A stretch of DNA of 64,000 nt from Bacteroidales bacterium (GCA_017961265.1 JAGCXN010000036.1:60322-124321), one strand, 5' to 3'. Positions 20,501 to 27,323 are shown, numbered from the stretch's first letter. Translations and numbers: made by a program. Notes: generated by a model from the letters alone, not told the origin.

Positions 20501-20554
20501 AAAGACTGAAATGTTTATAAGCAAAAGAATAACAGAAAGATATATCTTTTTCAT
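8597..20554 (-). CDS. Giant T9SS-secreted repeat adhesin (cleaved-adhesin-like N-domain, roughly 50 InlB-B/Flg_new-like repeats, type-A CTD)
   Basis: Signal peptide; YLVSPQL..EKFVIGY..YVAIAY..IDDV; repeats of G-G-I-x-P...P-x-x-G/C-Y-x-I-D-S-V-x-V-D-G...H-T-I-x-A-x-F; C-terminal VWPNP...GMYLLRV...KKVIKK. Confidence 0.9.
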   Translation of the reverse strand: MKKIYLSVILLLINISVFSQETLPYAYDFEGIFSTTGWRTYTNNDGADCFNSLLFGQSMDGYFGFTSGYRDFGDCGIDYRQYLVSPQLINSTSDSVQIRFKYKAAQPANTISYEAEKFVIGYYTGNQYVSVDDFVWLEDTIQTTNYTDWQTFVGNLPPTASYVAIAYTSDDASGLMIDDVVLRANTPGMAHLFEVIAEYGGIVSVTTDGVTTEGTTMVAEGADLTYTVSANPGYLIDTLWLDGIPNFAPLNNSSYTQTLATIIAPHELRVRFKQIRYVVTLDIAENGRIVPDGGATHQFNVPWDTTMGFRIYPDEGYFINFVAVNEERLWDNPDTITLANIRGNQLVQVTFAPRQYVVVAVAGEGGNIAPSDSVSVSGTQSAQFYISANPGYVIDSVFVDGTYFAAAHLQTAYVYTFQHVVTDHTISVTFLHQPYIVHYTATEHGILSVTGGVPVGLDSVSLYYEDTLTFNFVAEVGYELTDLQLNGVSVGVSNPYVLTHVMQNSTFHAVFEEKTFNIVSFAHNSGTITPSTTGSIGYFDTVRMVVAPNFCMQVDSILLDGAFLEITDTFCFTHLEGAHRLDAYFSQRYYTMQVQTAEHGTIVGNESVVCDGTARFKLLPDPCYQVAHFYWDGEQRDDLLRTVSDTVRVTIPNISSDHVVAATFEQLEYSVTVTSTGNGSVSPSSSVNVLCDSAVLVEAISNECHYVSSFTVNGADVMDAVQHFPAGQEGFGDTLRYELTGIRHNYSVSVEFRQFEFPLVVNVGPHGTSSITDTVWMVCGQDTTLQFVPDECYRVDSVLLDGEEVLQELVYHGDTVIFTLPNTHSSHELNVSFGLKQFTVSIASGENGAVVPNDDTLVGCDGSLSLVFVPASCYRVDTVWVDGVVINSYLYYRHNSDHHFGDSAFYTLNNITENHEVIASFRRMFYHHSISSVGNGTVASSVTGPYVYCGDAVTVTMTPDDCYHIKEVYLNDEQFTDYQVDENGVGTCYFPEADGDLNFSVEFEQIYYSISAIQQPDHGELVLPDAAVPCGNDVQLLFIPDECYHIDSVRIGDEWIQMENRIAVGDTFTYLIQNIHSDYVIDASFSMDSVHFIVSDGAPMSVMDTLLACGQTLTVFTLHEACTRLDSIRWNGQIYGLEDFPAGDVTYFSDTLCFILDPLQADGDIAVYFSQIVYAVNPHVSGAGRIEADSYSVACDSTLSIRIIPDDCHHLDGITVSNGCVYTLFGDTLLVLRNVQRDLDISFVFRTNRYEVSVTYNHHLGTVDGPTGVVPCGMDLLYTFTPANCAKLDSVFLDDILVNDLLDSTNRISLTIDSVSADHDLRVVFSNITYLVDVFTDEYSFVEADTHNIVDCGTRFVLAVKTDDCHYLSEVLLDGESIIDELIADENRFIYNLTNVRQNHSFEISTSQYVYPIVLNRLTGSGEILSSDTTYILCGKDTVLKATPFDECYKIDSVFLNDMQVEIQSEYICSSVTVPTTLNVYMHRISYRIEVTGYEHCSITEGEIAQMVLCDSSLHLAFVPDEGYQIIALVVDDEDLPAASFYDFLNVHENHTIAVKTEIYHYMVRTSAVGAGTVEPDSVAVDYGDNTELRFVPEECHYLSQLTVNGQSYLDSVDFQGENAILVLRRITSDQEVVATFAQLEYTVRSVAGEGGTIIPAISAVLCGETQQLNMIAADCYHLDTIFVNGVPKTEGWYPYNGDTLAFDLENVKEDFRIEATFAKDAKFITLENGAGGVAQLSDTTFLCGGGYSLQIIPDSCRTLEEVTINGVDIMPMLTYLENANPSLPDTAVYEVAGVQEDQQIQIVYGIEQPHHILVSFLSEGNVLSYNDIEIGCGEDTLVSLAYDCFALDSLLVDGIHTDAETDYQFTEVIANHTLEAYFSRNQYEITAIDAPHGSITPSGMTIVACGGNKTYLITPDEGYYIDSLIIDGEIIEAAASYTFTNVRANHTIEPIFMTYTYLIDVTAVGSGNVIPGDTVVAYGSSVHYDIVAEDCHAIDSVVVNGINRGSVSSYDFTEVTELQTLTAYFSQMEYTVRVGLSEHGQIVLDTTEVTCGGVVGFSVAPDACYALDSVLVNGLNVGDVTSYQIENIRENQVVDAFFSRISYSVIVDGSLQHGTVIPAAEQVLCGDNVTLSVQPDDCYSVDSLLVNGVNMGAGNTYVISEINEEQYITAYFSINKYSVEVLAGENGTVTGTGVNVVTCGEGFSVIITPDDCYQIGEVLVDGQQVEVQDNAVVLENVTSDHRVEVMFERIMYPQHVTAGFGGSVTPSAPSVSCGGSQLFVITPINCYHIDTVWVNGEVLPPDAMEFNGEIASFTLDDIRQINEIVAHFASNNYRFDVVNQGNGTVHLEQNSVECDGEATFYILPAACERISSVVLSGVDITENLDYHTNVNHLLPDTAFYTIDRMDEDKQLVIDYQDLPDNNVTIIYSDGTSTLYAADSLLACGENIRIDFNYDCYTVDSVILDGENQGAVNTLTVESNLSDRMVVAYFTLNVYDIAVTTTEGGRIEPDGSLAVACRDSRSVNIVPEACYSIDSVIVNGVNEGAITSYVFENIDENQTISAFFSRNSYTIELQESEGGNVTLDGSTTVACDGSVTISVMPETCFSIDSVVVNGVNVGNVISYTIENITEDKTVSAYFSRNVYEATSEAEAGGTIEPEGVSTLACGSEITYVVTPTACHQIDSVVVNGVNVGPVTSCTVAGTDELGDQTVRAYFSVLTYPVTLVAGEGGSVLPSEDTSVACGSSLNVSVLPDSCYRIDNVWIDGVESGALSSYTFENVTAPHTLSATFAPQEFTLTPITRGGGSVMPNVTTTVLCGSDFTFHFTPNAGYYVSGVVVDGDTLPAADSCLLTGIVANHTVQPIFSLSQFQITATAGEGGIVTPEQALVDYQGRQTIRIIAADCHRIDSVFVDGHYVGSAAVYTFNSVTGDHTLRAVFALNTYTLTASVEGNGTITPAGDTTVDCDESVTYSIAAAEGWHLAELRVDGETVEATDSYTFLHIRSNHTLSALFAIDEYTVTATAGEGGSVTPASTVVNHGDSLTIVITADNCHYIDSIFVDEAYVGTESSYTFRDITEDHTLRAVFATNTYTLTASVEGEGTIAPEGTTTVNCGNDAAYSFAPATGWHLTEVLVDGEPVDATDSYTFTNVRADHTITAHFVINEYTVTATAGDGGYVTPTSTVVNYGDTVTIEITADDCHRIDSVFVDDIYEGAVSSYTFRDIADDHTLRAVFAIDTYTLTASVEGEGTIAPEGATTVNCGDDAAYSFAPATGWYLTEVLVDGEPVDVTDSYTFTNVRADHTITAHFVINEYTVTAMAVDGGSVTPTSTVVNYGDTVTIEITADDCHHIDSVFVDDVYEGAVSSYTFRDIAEDHTLRAVFATDTYTLTASVEGEGTIAPEGATTVNCGNDAAYTFAPATGWHLTEVLVDGEPVDATDSYTFTNVRADHTITAHFVINEYTVTATAGDGGYVTPTSTVVNYGDTVTIEITADDCHHIDSVFVDDIYEGAVSSYIFRDIAEGHTLRAVFAIDTYTVTASVEGEGTIVPEGATTVNCGDDAAYTFAPATGWHLTEVLVDGEPVDATDSYTFTNVRADHTITARFGLNEYTVTAMAGDGGSVTPTSTVVNYGDTVTIEITADDCYHIDSVFVDDVYEGAVSSYTFLDIADDHTLRAVFAQNVYDIRVMVVSEETEVFYDTLVNVLCGTDTLVGVPLFECFYVDSIDINGVMGYDEDSVLIQNVHEDMDIVFYLSREQFILVASKQGSGTVSPMDTVYAACDDAVTFTYTPDEGWYVENLIVDGESIGTPTNDSYTFYNIHEEHTIEVIFAPNVYIITSSIDPIDAGNISPYGQVPVTYGADQTFNIMPFPGYEVIDVEVDGVSQGAITTYTFHYVDANHTIVAHLMTVGVEESVVNEEISVWPNPVENVCHIQLPTMHNVEIQLFDAQGKLLLRNRVDANEVEIDFTGRPSGMYLLRVVSDGNVITTKKVIKK
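9545..11360 (-). repeat. Intragenic tandem repeat, 441-bp period, 4 near-identical copies plus a partial copy
   Basis: AAAGAC(A/G)GCACGGAGCGTATGG at 9545, 9986, 10427, 10868 and 11309; a diverged copy at 11750. Confidence 0.95.
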
Positions 20555-20670
20555 TTGAAAATGTTTTTCGTAAAACCTAAAAAGCCAATCTATAATACGG
20601 ATTTAGGGGCTGTTTGTTTCACGAAATACTGAAAAAGAATCTTAAAAAAGGGATGGATAGACAAAAAAAG

Positions 20671-20702
20671 AAAATGCCGGTACGTTTCCGTACCGACATT
20701 TT
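20671..20702 (-). terminator. Intrinsic terminator after rpmG and the bL38-like gene
   Basis: aaaatgccggtacg-tttc-cgtaccgacatttt hairpin; T-run on the minus strand. Confidence 0.75.
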
Positions 20703-20723
20703 CCAACGCCATGAAAAAAAATA

Positions 20724-20879
20724 TTACTTTTTGGATAAAAAGTCTTTAACTTGGGTAGATTCAACGATTGCCTCCTTGAAGGTGTAGGCACCCGTCTTGG
20801 GGGAACGCTCCATACGGATTACGCGGGTATAGGAAACGCCGCCTTCCTTTTTCAGTGTTGCAACAACTTTCTTTGCCAT
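20724..20879 (-). CDS. DUF4295 protein / Bacteroidota ribosomal protein bL38-like, 51 aa
   Basis: Manual translation MAKKVVATLKKEGGVSYTRVIRMERSPKTGAYTFKEAIVESTQVKDFLSKK*, directly downstream of rpmG; not in the ORF track. Confidence 0.9.
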   Translation of the reverse strand: MAKKVVATLKKEGGVSYTRVIRMERSPKTGAYTFKEAIVESTQVKDFLSKK

Positions 20880-20896
20880 CTCTTAAAGTATTATGA

Positions 20897-21085
20897 TTAT
20901 TTGATTTCTTTGTGAACCGTCATTTTCTTCAAATACGGATTGTATTTCTTCAACTCCAATCTTTCAGGAGTATTCTTGCGGTTTTTGGTCGTGATGTATC
21001 TTGACATACCCGGCACGCCGCTTGCCTTTTGCTCCGTGCATTCCAAAATCACTTGCTGACGGGCTTCTTTATTCTTCTTTGCCAT
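20897..21085 (-). CDS. rpmG: 50S ribosomal protein L33
   Basis: VILECTE...[23 protein letters not shown]...VHKEIK. Confidence 0.97.
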   Translation of the reverse strand: MAKKNKEARQQVILECTEQKASGVPGMSRYITTKNRKNTPERLELKKYNPYLKKMTVHKEIK

Positions 21086-21318
21086 TTTTTACTGTTTTTT
21101 TTTCGTCAAAAATCCTTTTCAAATCAGGGTGCAAAAATACATAAATTTTTTTATCTACAACCCTATTCGACTTTTTTTATTGAAAATAAAATGATGTGAT
21201 ATATAACTAATATTCAATATTTTACAGTAAATTCAATTTTATCATACAAAAAACCAGTCACATAACCACTTCTATTTCGGGAGATTTTCCGCTAAAAAAA
21301 GACAATTACAACATGTCT

Positions 21319-22365
21319 CTATTGCTGCATTTTCAGGGAGTACTGGTGCAGGAGGTCCAGATATTTTTGTAGAAATTCTGCGAAACGTGGGTCGTCGAGG
21401 GCGTACTGCTCATAGTTCCGCACGACGGTGTTCCACTGTGAGGGTTGCACCAGCGGGATGTTATGTTCCCGTTTGATATTGGCGATCTCTTCCACCACGG
21501 AAAGGCGCTCCGCCAACAGACGGGCAATCTGACTGTCGATGTCACGGATGAGCTCCCGCTGCCGGCGCAGCAGCTCATCGGGATTTTGTGACGACTCCTT
21601 GAGAACCAGCGAGCCAAGCATTTCCGACAACGCTTCCGGCGTGAGCTGCTGCGCCGCGTCGCTGAGCGCGGCCTCGGGTGTCGCGTGGGTTTCTACCATC
21701 AGTCCGTCCATACCGTAGTCGATAGCCGTCTGTGCAACCTGTTTCACGAGGCCGCGCTCACCGGCGATGTGCGACGGGTCGCACAGCAGCGGGAGGTCGG
21801 GACGGGCGACACGGAGGGCGACGGGAACCTCCCACACGGGCGCGTTCCGCAACCGCTGCTCCTTGCGGTCGGCAAAGCCGCGATGGACGGCAAAGACCGC
21901 GTCCACGCCCGCTTTTTCGAAACGCTCGATGTTGCCGAGCCACAATTTCAGGTCGGGAATCACAGGATTCTTCACGAGGACGGAACAGCCGTTGCCTTTC
22001 ACCGCATCGGCGATTTCCTGCACGGCAAAGGGATTGACTGACGTCCGCGCCCCCACCCATACCGTCTTCACGCCGTAACGCAGGCAGGTCTCGACATGTT
22101 GCGGCGTGGCCACTTCGACACAGACGGAAAAGCCGAACTCTTCCGTCACGCGCCGGAGCCACGGGAAAGCCTGCTCCCCTGCCCCACAGAACGCGTCGGC
22201 GGCGCTCCGCGGCTTCCACACCCCCACCCGGAAAAAGGTGAGCGGGCACGGCAGCTGGTCGCGAAGCACAAACAAGCGAAGCGCAGTTTCGTAAACCTGC
22301 GCCTCGCTCTCGGCCGCACACGGGCCGGCAATCAGATACCGGAACGTCCGTCCGCTATTCGCCAT
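21319..22365 (-). CDS. Bifunctional DAHP synthase I-beta / chorismate mutase
   Basis: IAGPCAAES, WKPRS, VGART, LVKNP, HRG, DPSHIAG, MVETH..P..ALSD; C-terminal LR..IRDID..LLAER chorismate mutase domain. Confidence 0.9.
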   Translation of the reverse strand: MANSGRTFRYLIAGPCAAESEAQVYETALRLFVLRDQLPCPLTFFRVGVWKPRSAADAFCGAGEQAFPWLRRVTEEFGFSVCVEVATPQHVETCLRYGVKTVWVGARTSVNPFAVQEIADAVKGNGCSVLVKNPVIPDLKLWLGNIERFEKAGVDAVFAVHRGFADRKEQRLRNAPVWEVPVALRVARPDLPLLCDPSHIAGERGLVKQVAQTAIDYGMDGLMVETHATPEAALSDAAQQLTPEALSEMLGSLVLKESSQNPDELLRRQRELIRDIDSQIARLLAERLSVVEEIANIKREHNIPLVQPSQWNTVVRNYEQYALDDPRFAEFLQKYLDLLHQYSLKMQQ

Positions 22366-23404
22366 ACATCTTTCTGTAATAATCCTGATAACTGCCAGAG
22401 GTCACGTTGTTGAGCCACGCCTCATTGGCCAAGTACCACTCGACCGTTTTCTCGAAGCCCTCATCAAACCTGATGGTCGGCTCCCAGCCCAGCTCCGCAC
22501 GCAGTTTGCTAGCATCAATGGCATAGCGCAGGTCGTGCCCCGCACGGTCGGTCACGTAGGTGATCAACTCCAATGACGTACCTTCGGGACGGCCCAACTT
22601 GCGGTCCATGATTTCTATCAGCTTCTTAATCAGGTCAATATTGCGCCATTCGTTGTTTCCGCCGATGTTGTAGGTCTCACCCGTCTTTCCCTTATGGAAG
22701 ATCAGGTCAATGGCACGGGCGTGATCCACCACATAAAGCCAGTCGCGCACATTGATGCCTTTGCCATAAACTGGCAGCGACTTGTTATGCTTGATATTAT
22801 TGATAAACAACGGGATAAGCTTTTCCGGGAACTGGTTCGGACCGTAGTTGTTGGAACAGTTGGAGATGACCGTCGGCAGACCGTAGGTGTCGTGATAGGC
22901 ACGCACGAAGTGGTCGGAAGAAGCCTTCGCCGCGGAGTACGGACTGTGCGGCGAATAGGGCGTGGTCTCCTTGAACGAGCCCGTGTCTCCAAGAGCGCCA
23001 TACACCTCATCGGTGGAGATGTGGTAGAACCGCTTTCCTTCGTAATTGTCTTTCCAGATGGCCTTTGCGGCGTTCAGCAGGTTCACCGTACCCACCACAT
23101 TGGTGAAGATGAACTCCATCGGATTGGTGATGGAACGGTCCACATGCGACTCGGCGGCCAAATGGATGACGCCGTCAAAACGTTCTTTTTCAAAAAGTTG
23201 ATTGATAAAAGCTGCATCCACGATGTCACCTTTCACAAAGTGATAGTTGGGCATCTTGTCCACATCGGAAAGATTCTCCAGATTGCCAGCGTAGGTCAGT
23301 TTGTCCAGATTATAAATCTGATAATCAGGATATTTGTTTACGAAAAGCCGGACGACGTGCGAGCCGATAAAGCCCGCACCGCCGGTGATCAAAATTTTCT
23401 TCAT
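22355..23404 (-). CDS. rfbB: dTDP-glucose 4,6-dehydratase
   Basis: TGGAGFIG, DKLTYAGN, HLAAESHVDRS, STDEVYG, YSAAK, NNYGPNQFPEK. Confidence 0.97.
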   Translation of the reverse strand: MKKILITGGAGFIGSHVVRLFVNKYPDYQIYNLDKLTYAGNLENLSDVDKMPNYHFVKGDIVDAAFINQLFEKERFDGVIHLAAESHVDRSITNPMEFIFTNVVGTVNLLNAAKAIWKDNYEGKRFYHISTDEVYGALGDTGSFKETTPYSPHSPYSAAKASSDHFVRAYHDTYGLPTVISNCSNNYGPNQFPEKLIPLFINNIKHNKSLPVYGKGINVRDWLYVVDHARAIDLIFHKGKTGETYNIGGNNEWRNIDLIKKLIEIMDRKLGRPEGTSLELITYVTDRAGHDLRYAIDASKLRAELGWEPTIRFDEGFEKTVEWYLANEAWLNNVTSGSYQDYYRKMYGE

Positions 23405-23427
23405 TATATTATAATATGGTATAACGA

Positions 23428-24507
23428 TTAGTAACGATTCATGCAGTTAAGGTCCTCGAAAGCGACCTGAAGACGTTTCACCATGGAAGCTTCGCCCTCG
23501 CGGAGGAACTTGCGTGGATCGTAGTACTTCTTGTTCGGTTTGTCCTCACCTTCGGGGTTGCCAATCTGCGACTGGAGGTAAGCCTCATTTTTCTTGTAAT
23601 AGTTCATAACGCCTTCCCAGAAAGCCCATTGCGTGTCGGTATCAATGTTCATCTTGACAACGCCGTACTCGATGGCCTCCTTGATCTTGGCCGGTTCGCT
23701 GCCGCTGCCGCCGTGGAACACGAAGTTGACGGGATTGGGCTGCGTCTTGTATTTCTCTTCGATGAATTTCTGGGAGTTGTGCAGGATGATGGGCTCCAGT
23801 TTCACATTGCCAGGTTTGTAAACGCCGTGCACGTTGCCGAAGGAGGCGGCAATGGTGAAGTTGGGGCTAATCTTGCTGAGTTCCTCATAGGCGTATGCTA
23901 CGTCTTCGGGCTGGGTGTAAAGGCGGGCGCTATCGATGCCAGTATTATCAACACCGTCTTCTTCGCCGCCGGTGATGCCGAGCTCAATTTCGAGGACCAT
24001 ATCCATTTTGGACATTCTTTCAAGATACTTCTTGCAGATTTCGATGTTTTCCTTCAGCGGCTCGGCGGAAAGGTCGAGCATGTGGGAGCTGAAGAGCGGA
24101 CGACCATGTCCTTTATAGAACATTTCGCCGGCATCCAGAAGGCCGTCAATCCACGGGAGGAGTTTCTTGGCGGCGTGGTCGGTGTGGAGGATGACGGGAA
24201 TGCCGTACATCGCTGCAACTTGATGGATGTGCATGGCACCAGCAATTGCGCCCATTACAGCGGCCTTCTCACCGTCGTTCGGGAGTGCCTTGCCTGCATA
24301 GAAGGCAGCACCGCCGTTCGAGAACTGGATCATCACCGGGGAGTTGGCGATCTTAGCGGCCTCCATCACGGCGTTCACTGAATCACTGCCCACCACATTG
24401 ACGGCGGGGATGGCAAACTTCTCCGCTTTGGCAATTCTGAAAATTTCCTGTAAATCTTTCCCGAAAACTACGCCGGGTTTTACTTTGGTAGATATTTTTT
24501 CTGACAT
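23428..24507 (-). CDS. fbaA: Class II fructose-bisphosphate aldolase
   Basis: LHTDH, FSSHMLDLS, GGEEDG, FGNVHGVYKPG, FHGGSG, KMNIDTD. Confidence 0.97.
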   Translation of the reverse strand: MSEKISTKVKPGVVFGKDLQEIFRIAKAEKFAIPAVNVVGSDSVNAVMEAAKIANSPVMIQFSNGGAAFYAGKALPNDGEKAAVMGAIAGAMHIHQVAAMYGIPVILHTDHAAKKLLPWIDGLLDAGEMFYKGHGRPLFSSHMLDLSAEPLKENIEICKKYLERMSKMDMVLEIELGITGGEEDGVDNTGIDSARLYTQPEDVAYAYEELSKISPNFTIAASFGNVHGVYKPGNVKLEPIILHNSQKFIEEKYKTQPNPVNFVFHGGSGSEPAKIKEAIEYGVVKMNIDTDTQWAFWEGVMNYYKKNEAYLQSQIGNPEGEDKPNKKYYDPRKFLREGEASMVKRLQVAFEDLNCMNRY

Positions 24508-24521
24508 GATACTAAATTAAA

Positions 24522-24773
24522 CTATTTCTTAATCAATGAAATAACCCAGATAAGGAGGCAGGCGCCAATGACAGCTACAACAAGTTGTGCAATAATGCCA
24601 CCAGTTCCGCTAATGCCAACAAGTGACATCAACCAGCCGCCGACAATACCGCCGACAATACCGATGATGCAGTTCAGGATGAAGCCGAAGCCACCACCTT
24701 TCATGATTTTACCTGCGACAAATCCGGCCACTGCGCCGAAAAGAATGTACAATACGAAACCTAAAAGTGTCAT
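24522..24773 (-). CDS. GlsB/YeaQ/YmgE (transglycosylase-associated) membrane protein
   Basis: G-rich TM helices: GAVAGFVAGKIM.GGG.G.I.N.IIGIVGGIVGGW. Confidence 0.9.
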   Translation of the reverse strand: MTLLGFVLYILFGAVAGFVAGKIMKGGGFGFILNCIIGIVGGIVGGWLMSLVGISGTGGIIAQLVVAVIGACLLIWVISLIKK

Positions 24774-24929
24774 AGTTCTTTAAATTTTAAAGGTTAATAA
24801 AAACGGGTGCAAAGGTACGATTTAATTATGAAAATGCGAAAGGAAAAGTTTTTCGAAAAATATTTACCGAGAGCAAACAAAGTATTCGTATTTTTACTAT
24901 ATTTGCCGCGCAAAAAAAAATATAGGGGT

Positions 24930-25124
24930 ATGAGCTATAAGTCCGTGAAATATGTGATAGATCTGCTAAAGAAGAACGGGTTCATATTCAAAAGCCAGAA
25001 AGGTAGCCACATGAAATTTGAAAAGAATGGTATCGTTGTCGTTGTCCCCAATCACGGTAGCAAAGGAATAGAAAAGGGGACATTTCATAACATTCTTAAA
25101 CAGGCTGGAATAGAAGACAAGTAA
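24930..25124 (+). CDS. hicA: Type II TA toxin, HicA family
   Basis: From ATG 24930: LLKKNGF...QKGSHMKF...VVVPNH...KGT..NILKQAG. Confidence 0.9.
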   Translation: MSYKSVKYVIDLLKKNGFIFKSQKGSHMKFEKNGIVVVVPNHGSKGIEKGTFHNILKQAGIEDK

Positions 25125-25138
25125 AACCAATAGAATAA

Positions 25139-25531
25139 ATGAAGACAATAGACGTAATTGTTGAGTTTGCAGGCAAGAATCTGAGTGCTTATATTGAAGG
25201 TGTGCCTGTCATTACCGTAGGAAATGACTTAAGTGAAGTGGAGCACAATATGCGCGAAGCCATTGAACTCTATCTGGAAGACAATCCGAATCCTTGTGAA
25301 CTTCTTAAAGACGAATATGAAATGAGGTTCCGTATTGACACCGCCACCTTCCTCAACTATTATAGTGGAATTTTCACTAAAGCCGCTCTCAGCCGCATTA
25401 CAGGCATCAATGAAAGGCAACTGTGGCACTATGCCGCAGGTGTCCACAAACCACGCAAAAAACAGACAGAGAAAATCCAAAATGGCATCAATTCGCTTAC
25501 AAAAGAGCTGGAAGCCATCAGTTTGACATAA
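25139..25531 (+). CDS. hicB: Type II TA antitoxin, HicB family with C-terminal HTH
   Basis: SAYIEG...TVG...EAIELY; C-terminal ALSRITGINERQLWHYAAG; directly after hicA. Confidence 0.88.
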   Translation: MKTIDVIVEFAGKNLSAYIEGVPVITVGNDLSEVEHNMREAIELYLEDNPNPCELLKDEYEMRFRIDTATFLNYYSGIFTKAALSRITGINERQLWHYAAGVHKPRKKQTEKIQNGINSLTKELEAISLT

Positions 25532-25559
25532 TCAATGAAACAAATAAACCACTAATACT

Positions 25560-27224
25560 ATGAAGTATATCATCATTGGCGGTGTGGCCGGAGGTGCCAC
25601 TGCAGCCGCACGTCTCCGCCGTATGGACGAACAGGCGGAAATCATCCTGATAGAAAAAGGGAGCTACGTCTCCTACGCGAACTGCGGCCTCCCCTACTAT
25701 ATCGGCAACACCATCCCCGAACGCAACAGCCTTTTCTTGCAGACACCGACCACGCTCGGCAACCGCTTTGACCTGGACGTCCGCGTACGCACGGAAGTGA
25801 CGGCCATCAACCGGGACGCCAAAACCGTCAGTTGCCGGCATCTCGACAACGGGAAGGAATACACCGAACACTACGACAAGCTGGTGCTTTCGCCCGGCAC
25901 CGTCGCCGTACGCCCGAACCTTCCGGGCATCGACGCGCCCGGCATCTTCACCCTCAAGGATGTCCCCGACACCGATGCCATCAAGTCGTACCTCACGGAG
26001 CTGACAGACACGCAGAAAGAGGCCGTCATCATCGGCGCAGGCTTCATCGGGCTGGAGATGGCGGAGAATCTCCACCGCCTCGGCTGCCACGTCACCATCG
26101 TGGAAAAAGCCAGCCAAGTCATGCCTGTCGTGGACTGGGAAATCGCCGCACTCGTGCAGAAGCATCTGGCCGACAAAGGCGTTACGGTGCTCACGAACAA
26201 CGGTGTCAGCCGCTTCGAGCGGGAGGCTGACAGAAACATCGTCATCTTGGAAGACGGGCAAAAACTCCCTGCCGACCTCGTGCTGGTGAGCATCGGCGTG
26301 AAGCCGCTCACGAAGTTGGCCGTCGAGGCGGGTCTCGAAATCGGTGAGTTGGGCGGCATCCGCGTCAACAAGCAGATGCAGACGTCCGATCCCGACATCT
26401 ATGCCGTGGGCGACGCCGTGGAGACCATCAACCCCATCACGGGCAAAAGCCAGCTCTGTTTTCTGGCCGGCCCGACCAACAAGCAGGCGCGACTCTGCGC
26501 CGACAATATCGTCGAGGGCAACTGCCACGAGTACGGCGGCGCCATCGGCACGGCCATCGCCAAGGTGTTCGACTTGACCATCGGCAGTGCCGGCCTTTCG
26601 GAGCAGCAGCTGAAACGGGAGGGCATTCCCTATCTCACCTCCATCACCCATACGGGCTCCAACGCCACCTACTACCCTGGCAGTTGGCCCGTGAGCATCA
26701 AGATCCAGTTTGACCCGGCGACGGGCCGTCTGTACGGCGCGGCGGTCTGCGGCAAGGGCGGCGCGGACAAGCGTCTCGACCTGCTGGCTTCCGTCATCGC
26801 CCACGGCGGCACCGTCCACGACCTCACCGACTTCGACCACGCCTACGCGCCGCCCTTCTCCTCCGCCAAAGACCCCGTCACCGTGGCGGGCTACGTCGCG
26901 GAGAACATCCTCACCCACAAGACCGAAACCATCCAGTGGCACGAACTGAAGGAGATGCTGGCTAACAAAGCCGACAGCGACTTCCTGCTCATCGACGTCC
27001 GCAGCTTCCTCGAGTGCAAAGCCGGCGTCATCGAAGGCTCCGTCAACTACCCGTTGGACGAGCTGCGCGAGTACATCGAGGACATCCCCACCGACACGCC
27101 CATCGTCATCTACTGCGCCATCGGACTACGAGGCTACATCGCCACCCGCATCCTGAAGCAGAACGGCTTCGATAACGTCCGCAACCTCGCCGGCGGCTAC
27201 AAGACATGGACGGCGTGCCAGTAA
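25560..27224 (+). CDS. CoA-disulfide reductase with C-terminal rhodanese domain
   Basis: GGVAGG, SYANCGLPY, GAGFIGLE, YAVGD, YAPPFS; rhodanese IDVR..YCAIGLRG..NLAGGY. Confidence 0.92.
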   Translation: MKYIIIGGVAGGATAAARLRRMDEQAEIILIEKGSYVSYANCGLPYYIGNTIPERNSLFLQTPTTLGNRFDLDVRVRTEVTAINRDAKTVSCRHLDNGKEYTEHYDKLVLSPGTVAVRPNLPGIDAPGIFTLKDVPDTDAIKSYLTELTDTQKEAVIIGAGFIGLEMAENLHRLGCHVTIVEKASQVMPVVDWEIAALVQKHLADKGVTVLTNNGVSRFEREADRNIVILEDGQKLPADLVLVSIGVKPLTKLAVEAGLEIGELGGIRVNKQMQTSDPDIYAVGDAVETINPITGKSQLCFLAGPTNKQARLCADNIVEGNCHEYGGAIGTAIAKVFDLTIGSAGLSEQQLKREGIPYLTSITHTGSNATYYPGSWPVSIKIQFDPATGRLYGAAVCGKGGADKRLDLLASVIAHGGTVHDLTDFDHAYAPPFSSAKDPVTVAGYVAENILTHKTETIQWHELKEMLANKADSDFLLIDVRSFLECKAGVIEGSVNYPLDELREYIEDIPTDTPIVIYCAIGLRGYIATRILKQNGFDNVRNLAGGYKTWTACQ

Positions 27225-27232
27225 TCCTATAG

Positions 27233-27273
27233 TGACATTTTGTCAGTCGCTTTCACTTTGGCAGAATAGTTGC
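27233..27273 (+). promoter_or_regulatory. TGACA-N3-TGTCA palindrome plus a sigma54-like -24/-12 motif upstream of clpB
   Basis: TGACATTTTGTCA (27233-27245); TGGCAGAATAGTTGC (27259-27273) has GG-N10-GC spacing. Confidence 0.5.
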
Positions 27274-27323
27274 TCTATGGTCCGTGTTTCCAAACAAAAA
27301 ATTAAAAATTCAAAACAAAAACT

